This document shows, piece after piece, positions 29,905 through 38,678 of a DNA stretch of 64,000 nt. Under the pieces are notes generated by a model, which saw only the letters and a program-made list of their open reading frames with translations, searched no databases and was not told the origin of the DNA. The translations under genes and the position numbers were made by a program. Location of the stretch: the IMG/VR virus record IMGVR_UViG_3300021085_000009, positions 72,815-136,814 of that record. The stretch is one strand, 5' to 3'. The DNA comes from a virus. How positions within the stretch are numbered: the stretch's first letter is position 1; every line of letters starts with the position of its first letter.

Positions 29905-30609
29905 ATGGCTTTACCAAAACTGAATAGTTCTAGGTATGAAACAATTGTTCCATCCACAGGACAAACTATAGAATACAGACCATACTTGGTTAAGGAAGAA
30001 AAGATTTTAATGATAGCATTAGAATCCAGCGATTCACAACAAGTAATGAGAGCTGTAAAAGATGTAATTAGGGCATGTGTACTTGAAGATATTGATATGG
30101 AAAAACTAGCTATATTTGATATAGAAAGTTTATTTTTAAATTTAAGAGCTAAATCTGTAGGAGAAATAGTATCACTTAACTCTAAATGCAGTGAATGTGA
30201 AACAGTAAACCCTTACAGAATTAACTTAAGTGATATAAAACCACCTGAGGTTAACACTAATAGGATGGTGGAATTAACTGATACAATTAGTGTTAAATTT
30301 AATTACCCTAAGGCTGCTGATTTAGAGAAATTTAAAGAAGGCGAATTAGAAACTGTTGATGGTGCTTTTAAATTAATTAAAAGTTGTATTGATGGTATAT
30401 ACGATGATGATAAAGTTTACCCAGCTAAGGATGAAACGGATAAGTCGTTAACAGAATTTTTAGATGGATTAAACAATGTGCAATTTGGTGCACTTACAGC
30501 GTTCTTTGAAAATCTACCAGTGTTAAAACATATGATAGAATTTAATTGTATTAAGTGCGATAAGAAGAACGAAATCGAGTTGAGAGGACTGCAGAGTTTT
30601 TTTACATAA
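29905..30609 (+). CDS. gp26: Baseplate hub assembly protein gp26
   Basis: MALPKL...PSTG..IEYRPYLVKEEKILMIALES...FDIE.LFL.LRAKSVGE; two CxxC; ends LRGLQSFFT. Confidence 0.92.
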   Translation: MALPKLNSSRYETIVPSTGQTIEYRPYLVKEEKILMIALESSDSQQVMRAVKDVIRACVLEDIDMEKLAIFDIESLFLNLRAKSVGEIVSLNSKCSECETVNPYRINLSDIKPPEVNTNRMVELTDTISVKFNYPKAADLEKFKEGELETVDGAFKLIKSCIDGIYDDDKVYPAKDETDKSLTEFLDGLNNVQFGALTAFFENLPVLKHMIEFNCIKCDKKNEIELRGLQSFFT

Positions 30610-30656
30610 GCCTCTCTCACGATAGTTTAGTAAACCATTATAAAACTAACTTCGCG

Positions 30657-30800
30657 ATGATGCAACATCACGGATATAGGTTAAGTGAACTTGACGATAT
30701 GGTACCGTGGGAACGAGAGATATATGTCGCTCTTCTACAGGAACATATTAAGGAAGAAAACGAAAGGTTGCAAAAAGAGCAACAAAAAAGGAACCGATAA
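30657..30800 (+). CDS. gp51: Baseplate hub assembly catalyst gp51 (possibly reached by -1 frameshift from gp26)
   Basis: Hand-translated MMQHHGYRLSELDDMVPWEREIYVALLQEHIKEENER; the frame stays open upstream through SHDSLVNHYKTNFA. Confidence 0.85.
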   Translation: MMQHHGYRLSELDDMVPWEREIYVALLQEHIKEENERLQKEQQKRNR

Positions 30801-31123
30801 TGGAAGAAGAAATTAAGAAAAGTGGCCATCATCCCGCTGATGTAAATGGCGATGGATATGTTACACCAAATGAACAGGAAATGTATTTAGAATTTAAGCG
30901 TAAAGAGCTTGAAGACCAAGATGCAATGAGAGATGCTCAACGAAAGATGGCATGGTTCTCTTTAGGTGGTATGTTACTATACCCATTTGCAGTTGTATTG
31001 GCATCATTAGCAGGATTAGATGAAGCACAAAAGACTCTTGGAAGTATGGCTCCAACATATTTTGTAGCTGTTGCAGGTATTGTTGCAGCGTTCTTTGGTG
31101 CACAAGCATTAGGTAAAAAATAG
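30800..31123 (+). CDS. Small membrane protein with EF-hand-like loop
   Basis: DVNGDGYVTPNE loop followed by two hydrophobic helices. Confidence 0.65.
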   Translation: MEEEIKKSGHHPADVNGDGYVTPNEQEMYLEFKRKELEDQDAMRDAQRKMAWFSLGGMLLYPFAVVLASLAGLDEAQKTLGSMAPTYFVAVAGIVAAFFGAQALGKK

Positions 31124-31132
31124 GAATAAAAA

Positions 31133-32827
31133 ATGGCAGAAGATACCGGTAAAACAGTTCCAGGATTATTAACCGAAGTTGTTAAAAAACTAGAAGCAGT
31201 TGATAAGACTCAAGACACTACTGATAAATCCATTAAGGATGAATCGGCTAAGCAACAAGCATTGTTACAAGTAGGGTTAAACATGAGTGCTGAACAAGTT
31301 TCAGCTGCCGAGGCTTTAACCACTGCTTCTGAAAAGAGTGTACAAATTCAAGATCAAGTTAGAGATGCAGACCTGGCTAAAAAAGGTAAAGATGCAGAAA
31401 ACGATAGAGAATCTGGAAATATCTTTAGCAGAATGCTTGATTACCTTGAAGGTATATTCGATAACACTATTCCTAAAGCAGAAAACATTAAATTTGATGG
31501 AATTGGCCAAGCTGCAGGTGGATTTATTGCTGCTATTGGTGGTGCACTTATTGGATTAGGCGTAGGTATCGCAGCTGGTCTATTAGGTAATGTTAAATTA
31601 ATTCTTGGTGGTTTTACTAAAGTACTTAAACTTGGATTTACCAAGCTCGGTGCTTCTTTGGCCAAAGCCTTTCCTAAAACAGCCAATCTATTAAAGGGTA
31701 TTAGAACTTCCATTAGGGCTGCTGCTAAAACATTTAAAAACTTCTTTAAAGATATACCTAAAGCCTTTAAGGCTGGATTTGCTGGTTTAAAAACATTTAG
31801 AACTTCAGTAGGTCAATTTGGTAAGTTAGGATTCTTTGGTAAGTTAGGTGCTCTCTTAGGTAAAGGAGTTACAGCACTTAAAGCAGTAGGTAAATTCACT
31901 GGTATTACTAAAGGATTTGCAGCTATTTCACAGGCTTTTAAATCATTTAAAGGCGCGGTCGGTGGTATTTCCAAAGGTGCTAAACTACTTGATCCTATAA
32001 AGAAATTCCTTAAGCCTATAACAGCAACATTCAAAACATTCTTTACTGCCTTTAAATCATTTGGTAGTGTTATTGGTAAACTATTCTTACCAATACAAAT
32101 TATAATGGGTATTGTCGATACTGTTAAAGGTGCTATTAAAGGGTTTACAGAACAAGAAGGTGGTCTTGGTAAAAAGATCATGGCTGGTATATTCGGTGGA
32201 TTCAGTGGACTACTACAAGGATTAATTGGTATGCCTTTAGATTTACTTAAAGATGGTATTGCATGGTTAATGGGTAAGTTTGGATTTGATGATAGTGCTG
32301 AAGCTCTTAAAAGCTTTTCCTTTAAAGATATGATCGGTAAACTCTTTGATAAAATTAAAGAAGCAGTATTTGGTATTATAGATTGGTTTGGAACACTATT
32401 TAGTAATCCAATGGGTGCACTTAAATCGTTGGTTAGTGGTGTAGGTAATATAATGAAAAAGTTTTATGCTAGCATACTTAGACTTATTCTACCTGACCCT
32501 AAGGGAGAAGGTGCATGGTATAATCCAATGAATCTTATTTCAAACGTTATCCCTGATAGTGTATACGAATTTGCTGGCCTTGATCCAGAGACAGGTGATA
32601 GGATTCCAGAGCCAACTGATCAAATCGAAGGAGCTGGTCCTCAAGTTATGACAGGTGAACAGATTGGTGAGACATCTACTGAGAACCAAACTATTAAGGA
32701 AGAGTACACTAAAGAAATAGTAGTACAACAGGTTAATAATCAATCTAATACAACTACTACTACAACCTCATTCAGTAATACTACAAGTTCTAGAAAGCGT
32801 AGAGATCTAAACCTAGCCAATCAGTAA
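31133..32827 (+). CDS. Putative tape measure protein (gp29-like)
   Basis: 564 aa; long G/A/K/F amphipathic helical repeats; follows gp26/gp51. Confidence 0.6.
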   Translation: MAEDTGKTVPGLLTEVVKKLEAVDKTQDTTDKSIKDESAKQQALLQVGLNMSAEQVSAAEALTTASEKSVQIQDQVRDADLAKKGKDAENDRESGNIFSRMLDYLEGIFDNTIPKAENIKFDGIGQAAGGFIAAIGGALIGLGVGIAAGLLGNVKLILGGFTKVLKLGFTKLGASLAKAFPKTANLLKGIRTSIRAAAKTFKNFFKDIPKAFKAGFAGLKTFRTSVGQFGKLGFFGKLGALLGKGVTALKAVGKFTGITKGFAAISQAFKSFKGAVGGISKGAKLLDPIKKFLKPITATFKTFFTAFKSFGSVIGKLFLPIQIIMGIVDTVKGAIKGFTEQEGGLGKKIMAGIFGGFSGLLQGLIGMPLDLLKDGIAWLMGKFGFDDSAEALKSFSFKDMIGKLFDKIKEAVFGIIDWFGTLFSNPMGALKSLVSGVGNIMKKFYASILRLILPDPKGEGAWYNPMNLISNVIPDSVYEFAGLDPETGDRIPEPTDQIEGAGPQVMTGEQIGETSTENQTIKEEYTKEIVVQQVNNQSNTTTTTTSFSNTTSSRKRRDLNLANQ

Positions 32828-32847
32828 AGCCATCCTTGGCAGTAATT

Positions 32848-33054
32848 CTATTCCTCTTCTGGTTTGGTTGCATCTGTGCCAGTCTTGTCTGCAACATCTT
32901 TAATAAGATTAGATGTTACATCCAATACACCTGCGGTTACACCAAAGACATCTGAACCGACACCTTTAATAACACCACCAGTACCATCGATAGTTGCATC
33001 GACAGTTGAACAAGCAGACAAAACTAATGCGAATGCAATTGCAATAAAACGCAT
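32848..33054 (-). CDS. Small lipoprotein (entericidin-like)
   Basis: Signal peptide with LSAC lipobox; AGGAG RBS; amphipathic mature helix. Confidence 0.75.
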   Translation of the reverse strand: MRFIAIAFALVLSACSTVDATIDGTGGVIKGVGSDVFGVTAGVLDVTSNLIKDVADKTGTDATKPEEE

Positions 33055-33141
33055 AATATTCTCCTGTTTTCTATATTACTGGATAACCAGACACCACGGT
33101 AATACCGTCTCATACTTCTATGTTCAGTTCGTGAACAAATT

Positions 33142-33149
33142 TATTTATA
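33142..33149 (-). promoter_or_regulatory. T4-type late promoter for the lipoprotein gene
   Basis: TATAAATA just past the gp32 terminator. Confidence 0.7.
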
Positions 33150-33154
33150 CGCAT

Positions 33155-33183
33155 AAAAAAAGGGACCCGAAGGTCCCTAAAAA
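33155..33183 (-). terminator. Rho-independent terminator after gp32
   Basis: On the minus strand: AGGGACC-TTCG-GGTCCCT hairpin followed by a T run. Confidence 0.9.
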
Positions 33184-33212
33184 TGTGGTCTGGTTATAAC
33201 CAAACTTTCTTT

Positions 33213-34118
33213 TTATGAGTTTGCCAATTTAGCAAAATAGCTGAGTGTATCTTCATCATCAGAAGACGCTTCTGCTGTAGGTGCTTCAGTGGCTGGAGCC
33301 TCAGGTACAAACTCATTTGTTGTAACTGATGGTGCTGTTTCCATATAGGATTCAGCAGTTGCTCCGGCAGTAACTCCAAGAACTTTATTCAACTTGGCTT
33401 TTAGCTCATCGTATGTTTTATAGTTCTTGACGTCAAGGAAATCACCTAGTGAATGTAACTGTCCGTATACATCCTCTAGCATTCCTTCATCTCCACCGTG
33501 TAGTGCAGCTGGTGATGCAAACTCTGACTTATCATAGTTTACCCAACCTTCTACTTTACGAATCTTAATTTTAAAATCCGCACCTTCCCAGAAATCGTAT
33601 GGATTTACTGGTTGCTCATCTTCAAATTGTGGTTGCATAACATCCATAATCTTATCAAAGATTTTCTTACCAAATTTATAAAGGAATACTTTACCTTCAT
33701 TCTCTGGGTTAGATGGATCAGACACGACCATAATGTTTGACACATAATGTAAACGTCTTTTTCTATCACGAGCGGTAGCTTTATCTTCATCTCGACCAGT
33801 ATTCCACAGCTCTGAATTCATTTCAGATACTGGATCTTGCTGACCAACAGAAGTTAAAGAATTTTCGATATACCAGAGACCAGTAGGGCCTTTAAAGCCA
33901 TGATCCCAATATCGTACCCAAGGTAAGTCCTCTCCCTCTTTCTGAGGTAGGAACCTGATAACGGCATAACCATTACCTGCTTTATCCCTTTGGGGTGCCC
34001 AAAATCTATCGTCGCCGTAACCCTTTGATTCTGACTTTGGTGATGACACAGCTTCAGCTGCTTTAACGAGTTTGTCGATTGACGAGCCTCGTGAGCTCTT
34101 TAAGTTTGCAAATGACAT
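33213..34118 (-). CDS. gp32: Single-stranded DNA-binding protein gp32
   Basis: DDRFW...DKAGNGYAVIRFLP...HGF.GP.G.WYIENSLT...YKFGKKIFDKI; acidic tail DTLSYFAKLA. Confidence 0.96.
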   Translation of the reverse strand: MSFANLKSSRGSSIDKLVKAAEAVSSPKSESKGYGDDRFWAPQRDKAGNGYAVIRFLPQKEGEDLPWVRYWDHGFKGPTGLWYIENSLTSVGQQDPVSEMNSELWNTGRDEDKATARDRKRRLHYVSNIMVVSDPSNPENEGKVFLYKFGKKIFDKIMDVMQPQFEDEQPVNPYDFWEGADFKIKIRKVEGWVNYDKSEFASPAALHGGDEGMLEDVYGQLHSLGDFLDVKNYKTYDELKAKLNKVLGVTAGATAESYMETAPSVTTNEFVPEAPATEAPTAEASSDDEDTLSYFAKLANS

Positions 34119-34194
34119 AATATTTCTCCGTATTGCGTTGTATTAAGGTCTAAGACCTTTTCTGTTTTATCCACGTTATTCATAATATAGATCT

Positions 34195-34223
34195 ATTATA
34201 CCATATTTCTATGGTTTTGTAAA
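34195..34223 (-). promoter_or_regulatory. Sigma70-type promoter for gp32
   Basis: TTTACA-17-TATAAT with TG extension. Confidence 0.65.
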
Positions 34224-34817
34224 GGACTTTCTGATTAAATTTGTACATTTACCAGAGTCGTACTTTACGAAGGGTTGATACTTGGTAACCTTTCGGAATA
34301 TACCAGGCCATGAAATGGTTTCTGTTATACTCTTATTGGCACCTTGCATAAACCCAGTTAAGGAATTAAGAATAACTACCGTTTGTAACGATATCTCTTC
34401 TTGCATCCAAAGCGTTATAATCAGAGGAGGTTGATTATGCTCTTTAACGATTAATAAATCATCAAAGGTTAAACCATTGCTCTCTGAATATTCTGCAAGT
34501 GTATTTATATCAATTGAAAACACACGATGCAGTGATTCTTTTATTCTTTTATGCTCAAGGTAGTTCCTTTCACCGTCAGTATTAATCATATCACCAACGT
34601 ATGATACATCATTAACAAAGTTTGCAATGAGGTATTCAGTGATATCTTTACCGTAGTGTTTACCTAATTTTGCAAAGAAGAATTTGTCTCTTCGTTTAAA
34701 AAATGATTGAGGTTTAACTGAGGTTTTAAAATTATACTTTATAGCATCATAGCCATCTGTCTCAAAGTGTAATTTTAAAGACTGATATAGTTTATAAACG
34801 TCGTATGGATCATTCAT
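34209..34817 (-). CDS. gp59: Helicase loader gp59
   Basis: YKLYQSLKLHF...YDAIKYN...F.KRRDKFFF.KL; next to gp32; start moved to MNDPY. Confidence 0.88.
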   Translation of the reverse strand: MNDPYDVYKLYQSLKLHFETDGYDAIKYNFKTSVKPQSFFKRRDKFFFAKLGKHYGKDITEYLIANFVNDVSYVGDMINTDGERNYLEHKRIKESLHRVFSIDINTLAEYSESNGLTFDDLLIVKEHNQPPLIITLWMQEEISLQTVVILNSLTGFMQGANKSITETISWPGIFRKVTKYQPFVKYDSGKCTNLIRKSFTKP

Positions 34818-34818
34818 T

Positions 34819-35058
34819 CTAGATAGGTAGTTTATTTCCCTTCTCCGCTTCAATGAGGTTTAAACCTGATGCCTCGGCCTCTAATTTGGCCTTAAGTGCA
34901 TCACTTAGTAATCTCTTAATATTACTATAGTCCATTCCTCTTTCCTCTATTACATAAGTCATAGCGTCTATATAACTCATATTGTTTTTTGCGACTAACG
35001 ATTCAACTGCTGTAGTGAATCGCTTTTTAGTCATTATTTTTTGTTCAAGATCTATCAT
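34819..35058 (-). CDS. gp33: Late transcription coactivator gp33
   Basis: F...VE.LV....MSYIDA...LKAKLEAEA..LN....KLPI. Confidence 0.9.
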   Translation of the reverse strand: MIDLEQKIMTKKRFTTAVESLVAKNNMSYIDAMTYVIEERGMDYSNIKRLLSDALKAKLEAEASGLNLIEAEKGNKLPI

Positions 35059-36221
35059 TATACATTGATGTCTCCCACCTTTAACAGTATGCAGTCTGCA
35101 TTAATTCTACCGTTAGGTTCTTTAATCACTGTAGTAAAAGTATCCCACACTTTCCTTGACTGAATGATTGTTTTGTTTATAATAAGAGGTAATACCTCAT
35201 CTGGTTTTCTAAGTTTTGTCTGTTTACTTAGTGCGGGATTAAAATTCTTAATCGATGTACCTTTAACCTCAAATCCTTTAGGAGAGTCGGTTATATACAT
35301 TGCTAAAGCTCGTGTCTTAGTGTTAAATACATACAGTATATTCTTACCTGGTATCATTACTGGATTAAGTGATGTGCACTTGTAATCGATATCAGATGGT
35401 TTATACTTAAGTTTAGCCACCTGTTGATCAGACGCCTTTGGCTTTTTGGCCCTTGGTATCTTAATAGTTTTATTGTTAGCTTTAAGTCTATCAATATCTT
35501 CAATAGTCTTTTCAAGCAAGGTAATCATTTTCTTTTTATTACCTTTACTGATATGTGAATAAGCCTCTTCAGCCTGTTCGCATGTTTTATTATATGCATC
35601 ACTAATACAGTCAAGTTCAAACTGCATTTTTTCTCTAAACATCTTTATTCCTGCACCTTTAATTTTATGTGTGGATAATAAACTATATGCAGGGAATTTA
35701 ATATTATCAAACTCTCCTTCCATCCATTTATCAACGACCATCTCATCAAAATCACCCATAATAGTTTGAGCGATTTTAGATTTCATTCTTTCTGCAGGTG
35801 ATATAACAACTTTAGCAGGTTCAGCTTTTTGTATAGCAACTAGTTCTTTACCTTCTTTAAGAAGTTCATCTAGCTTTAATTTAATCCTATCATAAATGTT
35901 TGAGTCAGGATTGACTTTATCTAGTGGTATACCTGCGTTATGACACCTAACGTTATTGCCAATACCTTGATTAAGCTTCCAGTTTTCAACCTTTTTAAGA
36001 GCTTGAATGTCGCTCTTTGAATAACCTAATTCCTTTTCTGCGTATATTAATACTGCAGGTGCATTAGTTTTTGCATTATTGAAATAGTTAAAATAATTGG
36101 ATGCTTTATGATAAGCACTCTTTAACTCTTCTGTTGATTTAAATTCTTGACCGTGATAACTAGGTGCTGTACCTAAGTACTTATCCTCTAGTGAAGGTCC
36201 TCTACGTTTTGTTTTAGCCAT
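35058..36221 (-). CDS. Conserved T4-like hypothetical protein (387 aa)
   Basis: Long ORF with RBS and own promoter; YVFNTKTR...GFEVKGTSI...KLRKP...PNGRIN motif. Confidence 0.75.
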   Translation of the reverse strand: MAKTKRRGPSLEDKYLGTAPSYHGQEFKSTEELKSAYHKASNYFNYFNNAKTNAPAVLIYAEKELGYSKSDIQALKKVENWKLNQGIGNNVRCHNAGIPLDKVNPDSNIYDRIKLKLDELLKEGKELVAIQKAEPAKVVISPAERMKSKIAQTIMGDFDEMVVDKWMEGEFDNIKFPAYSLLSTHKIKGAGIKMFREKMQFELDCISDAYNKTCEQAEEAYSHISKGNKKKMITLLEKTIEDIDRLKANNKTIKIPRAKKPKASDQQVAKLKYKPSDIDYKCTSLNPVMIPGKNILYVFNTKTRALAMYITDSPKGFEVKGTSIKNFNPALSKQTKLRKPDEVLPLIINKTIIQSRKVWDTFTTVIKEPNGRINADCILLKVGDINV

Positions 36222-36242
36222 ATTATACTCCTTATATAAACT

Positions 36243-36271
36243 ATTATACCATACTTTTAATATAATGTACA
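36243..36271 (-). promoter_or_regulatory. Early promoter TGTACA-17-TATAAT
   Basis: Copy of the repeated promoter motif. Confidence 0.8.
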
Positions 36272-36274
36272 GTG

Positions 36275-36329
36275 TTAGATTGATCTACCTCTGATAAGGA
36301 TAAGAAATTGGCGAGGTAGATCAATCTAA
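36275..36329. repeat. Perfect 17-bp inverted repeat with 21-nt loop
   Basis: TTAGATTGATCTACCTC (36275-36291) and GAGGTAGATCAATCTAA (36313-36329). Confidence 0.9.
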
Positions 36330-36560
36330 ATTCTCTGGTCGCTCATAGTTCTTAATACCAAGAACATAGTTTTCAGCTGCATTTGCAGCATACTCTTCAG
36401 TATGTTCAGGGTACCATTCAATACCTAGAGCGTTATCGTTAATTAGCATTCTAATTCCGAATGCGCGGTTTCCACCAACAGTTCTAAGAACTTCTGCTTT
36501 ACGATTTGCAAATTTCTTTTCACCGAGGTAATAGCTTAATAGCATATACTCATGTTTCAC
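36321..36560 (-). CDS. Hypothetical protein
   Basis: Packed ORF; ends YA.NAAENYVLG, a recurring motif in T4-like phage proteins. Confidence 0.7.
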   Translation of the reverse strand: MKHEYMLLSYYLGEKKFANRKAEVLRTVGGNRAFGIRMLINDNALGIEWYPEHTEEYAANAAENYVLGIKNYERPENLD

Positions 36561-36763
36561 TTGGTTGTCTCCATCATTTCTTTTAGTTTGATGTATGTTA
36601 GTACTCTAATTTCATCCCTTGTTAAATCTGGATATTTTTCTCTTAGTTCTTTACGAACTTTATGCTTTACGTCCGAGTCTTGAATTAATAAGACAGCACC
36701 TGCGCATAAGTATATGAAAAATACTACTCCTACTAATGTTAATACAGTTGATATTACTTCCAT
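36557..36763 (-). CDS. Small membrane protein
   Basis: N-terminal hydrophobic helix; coupled ORF. Confidence 0.6.
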   Translation of the reverse strand: MEVISTVLTLVGVVFFIYLCAGAVLLIQDSDVKHKVRKELREKYPDLTRDEIRVLTYIKLKEMMETTK

Positions 36764-36764
36764 T

Positions 36765-37073
36765 TTATTTCCCTATGTGTTTAACGTCACCCTTTGGTAT
36801 GACTTGATATGCACCTTTATTATATGCCGGTGCGATTGTGAATTTTTTACTTTCTTCGAGCTTCCAGCTTTGGTCTTCTGCCTTATAGTTTACTGGAGTT
36901 AATGGTGCAGAAGGGTAATGTTTTGTTTCCCTTACTGCTGAATTTTGTTTTGGTGTTGACCAATCAAAGTCGGCCATTGTTTTTGTTTTAGGCTTAGACA
37001 TGGATTTGGTCTTACGCTTTTTGCCATTAGGTCCATATCTAAGTGAACCTGCATAAAAATTAGTTACTGCCAT
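36765..37073 (-). CDS. Conserved hypothetical protein
   Basis: C-terminal FTIAPAYNKGAYQVI motif. Confidence 0.7.
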   Translation of the reverse strand: MAVTNFYAGSLRYGPNGKKRKTKSMSKPKTKTMADFDWSTPKQNSAVRETKHYPSAPLTPVNYKAEDQSWKLEESKKFTIAPAYNKGAYQVIPKGDVKHIGK

Positions 37074-37291
37074 TACACATCTCCTGGTGCTTCATTAAGC
37101 AACTGTGCCATTGGTTTTTCTTCTGACACTACTACAAAAGTACCATCTCGGAATTCACGTGTAACCAATCCTGAGTTATATGCCTTTTCGACATATCCAT
37201 CTTGCCCGAGAATGTACTCAATTTGACCTGCCCATGACTCTACAGCCATTTTACGTCTTTGGTACTCTACTGCATCAGTGTACTGTGTCAT
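37073..37291 (-). CDS. Hypothetical protein
   Basis: AGGAG RBS; coupled ORF. Confidence 0.65.
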   Translation of the reverse strand: MTQYTDAVEYQRRKMAVESWAGQIEYILGQDGYVEKAYNSGLVTREFRDGTFVVVSEEKPMAQLLNEAPGDV

Positions 37292-37433
37292 ATGAACTCC
37301 TTCCTAATTCTGCCATTCTTATTAGCTCTCTTAACTTCTGATCCCAGAGTCGTTTAAACTCTGGATTTTGTGCTCTATCCCGAGCTTCTCTGAGAGCTAT
37401 AACTCTCGCTATTGTTCTATTAATCCCAGTCAT
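37275..37433 (-). CDS. Small hypothetical protein (52 aa, absent from ORF track)
   Basis: Hand-translated MTGINRTIARVIALREARDRAQNPEFKRLWDQKLRELI...; fills the operon gap. Confidence 0.6.
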   Translation of the reverse strand: MTGINRTIARVIALREARDRAQNPEFKRLWDQKLRELIRMAELGRSSYDTVH

Positions 37434-37728
37434 TTTTCATCTCATTATATACGTCCATATAAGAAGATCCTGCGATATAGCTTTGAGTGTTTTCTTCGCT
37501 GTAATACATATTTTCTGGTGTATTACACTCGAAGGATGATGGTGCTTTATCACCAGCTTTTAATACTTGCCTAGTGAGCTTTTTGTGCAACTTCATAGCT
37601 GCTTTTGTTTCGGCTTTAATTTGAGCTTTACGAAGATCCATGGTGTGTATTACACGTTTGATCTCTCGTTTTTCCCGAGCCTTTTCTGCTGCAGCTTTGA
37701 TGAGTGCGAGTCTGTTAGTGTCTTTCAT
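37420..37728 (-). CDS. Hypothetical protein
   Basis: AAGGA RBS; part of the early operon. Confidence 0.65.
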   Translation of the reverse strand: MKDTNRLALIKAAAEKAREKREIKRVIHTMDLRKAQIKAETKAAMKLHKKLTRQVLKAGDKAPSSFECNTPENMYYSEENTQSYIAGSSYMDVYNEMKNDWD

Positions 37729-37738
37729 TATATATTCC

Positions 37739-38011
37739 TTATACTGCTTTTAACATTGATAGAGGACAGTTCCAAAGACGACCGTTGATTTCAACGACTG
37801 CTTTAGTACGTTTGATTTTAGTAACAATACCTTTTTCAGCACCTGATCTTGAGTCAACGATTACTGGAGCTCCTACGCTGATACTGTTTTTAACATTAAG
37901 TGCCTTTACTGCACGTAATTGTTTTTGTTTAATTTTGATTAATTCAATAACCTCGTTCATTTCTGAAGTTGAAGTGATTGAATCGATTGCGTTAATAATA
38001 GTTTTTTTCAT
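37739..38011 (-). CDS. Hypothetical protein (KOW/SH3-like C-terminus)
   Basis: SVGAPV...GIVTKIKRTKAVV...W.CP.SML; directly below an early promoter. Confidence 0.7.
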   Translation of the reverse strand: MKKTIINAIDSITSTSEMNEVIELIKIKQKQLRAVKALNVKNSISVGAPVIVDSRSGAEKGIVTKIKRTKAVVEINGRLWNCPLSMLKAV

Positions 38012-38048
38012 AATGTAGTTTCCTTATCAAGTTTTATTTTATATGTAT

Positions 38049-38077
38049 ATTGTACCAGGTCTTCATGTAAATGTACA
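38049..38077 (-). promoter_or_regulatory. Early promoter TGTACA-17-TACAAT
   Basis: Repeat motif with upstream ATGCAGAAAACAC. Confidence 0.8.
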
Positions 38078-38101
38078 GTGTTTTCTGCATTTATTTTGCA
38101 A

Positions 38102-38461
38102 TTAAACAACACTTTTTATTACTTCTACGATTACTTTACCATATTTGGCAAACCAACCTTGTTCTTCTGTTAGTGCAATACCATAATCATTTGCAATTAA
38201 CATTGCGGTTTCTGTGTCTAAAAATGAGTTACCTACCAATACAAACCCTGCACTTGAAACTAATAGAAACATATGATCATTAGCCCTAAAGCTGTGGATC
38301 ATTATGAATAGAGTACCTAAAAACAATAGAATATATGCATATAATTCCATGTGGGGATTAGTGTTTATACCTAACGCCATTGTCATGCCTAAAAACAACA
38401 AAGAACAACCAGAGACTTTAAAGGTCCCTTGTATCATATTGTTTATGTGTTTCTTAGTCAT
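38102..38461 (-). CDS. Membrane protein (about 3 TM)
   Basis: Three hydrophobic segments. Confidence 0.65.
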   Translation of the reverse strand: MTKKHINNMIQGTFKVSGCSLLFLGMTMALGINTNPHMELYAYILLFLGTLFIMIHSFRANDHMFLLVSSAGFVLVGNSFLDTETAMLIANDYGIALTEEQGWFAKYGKVIVEVIKSVV

Positions 38462-38462
38462 T

Positions 38463-38678
38463 TTAAATTTCTTCTACAGTAATTCTGTAGCTTTTTCCAT
38501 TGACGTCAGTGCATTCAATAGTCTTCGTGGTTGTTTGCATCCAACCTTCTTTATGAAGATCCATCTTTACTCTGTCAACACTATCAATTAATCCATTAAA
38601 CTCGCCACAATCTTTGTCGAGTCCAGGTTTGATTATAGTGTGTGCGATGTAGTCGCAGTAAGCCATTGACGAAGCCAT
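38463..38678 (-). CDS. Hypothetical protein
   Basis: Coupled ORF ending DVNGKSYRITVEEI. Confidence 0.65.
   Translation of the reverse strand: MASSMAYCDYIAHTIIKPGLDKDCGEFNGLIDSVDRVKMDLHKEGWMQTTTKTIECTDVNGKSYRITVEEI

Noticed and set aside
33055-33141. Glutamine (glnA/downstream-peptide) riboswitch
   Set aside because: Contains GAAGUA but lacks the CGUU...GAAG.AACG closing elements; kept only as an unknown structured leader.
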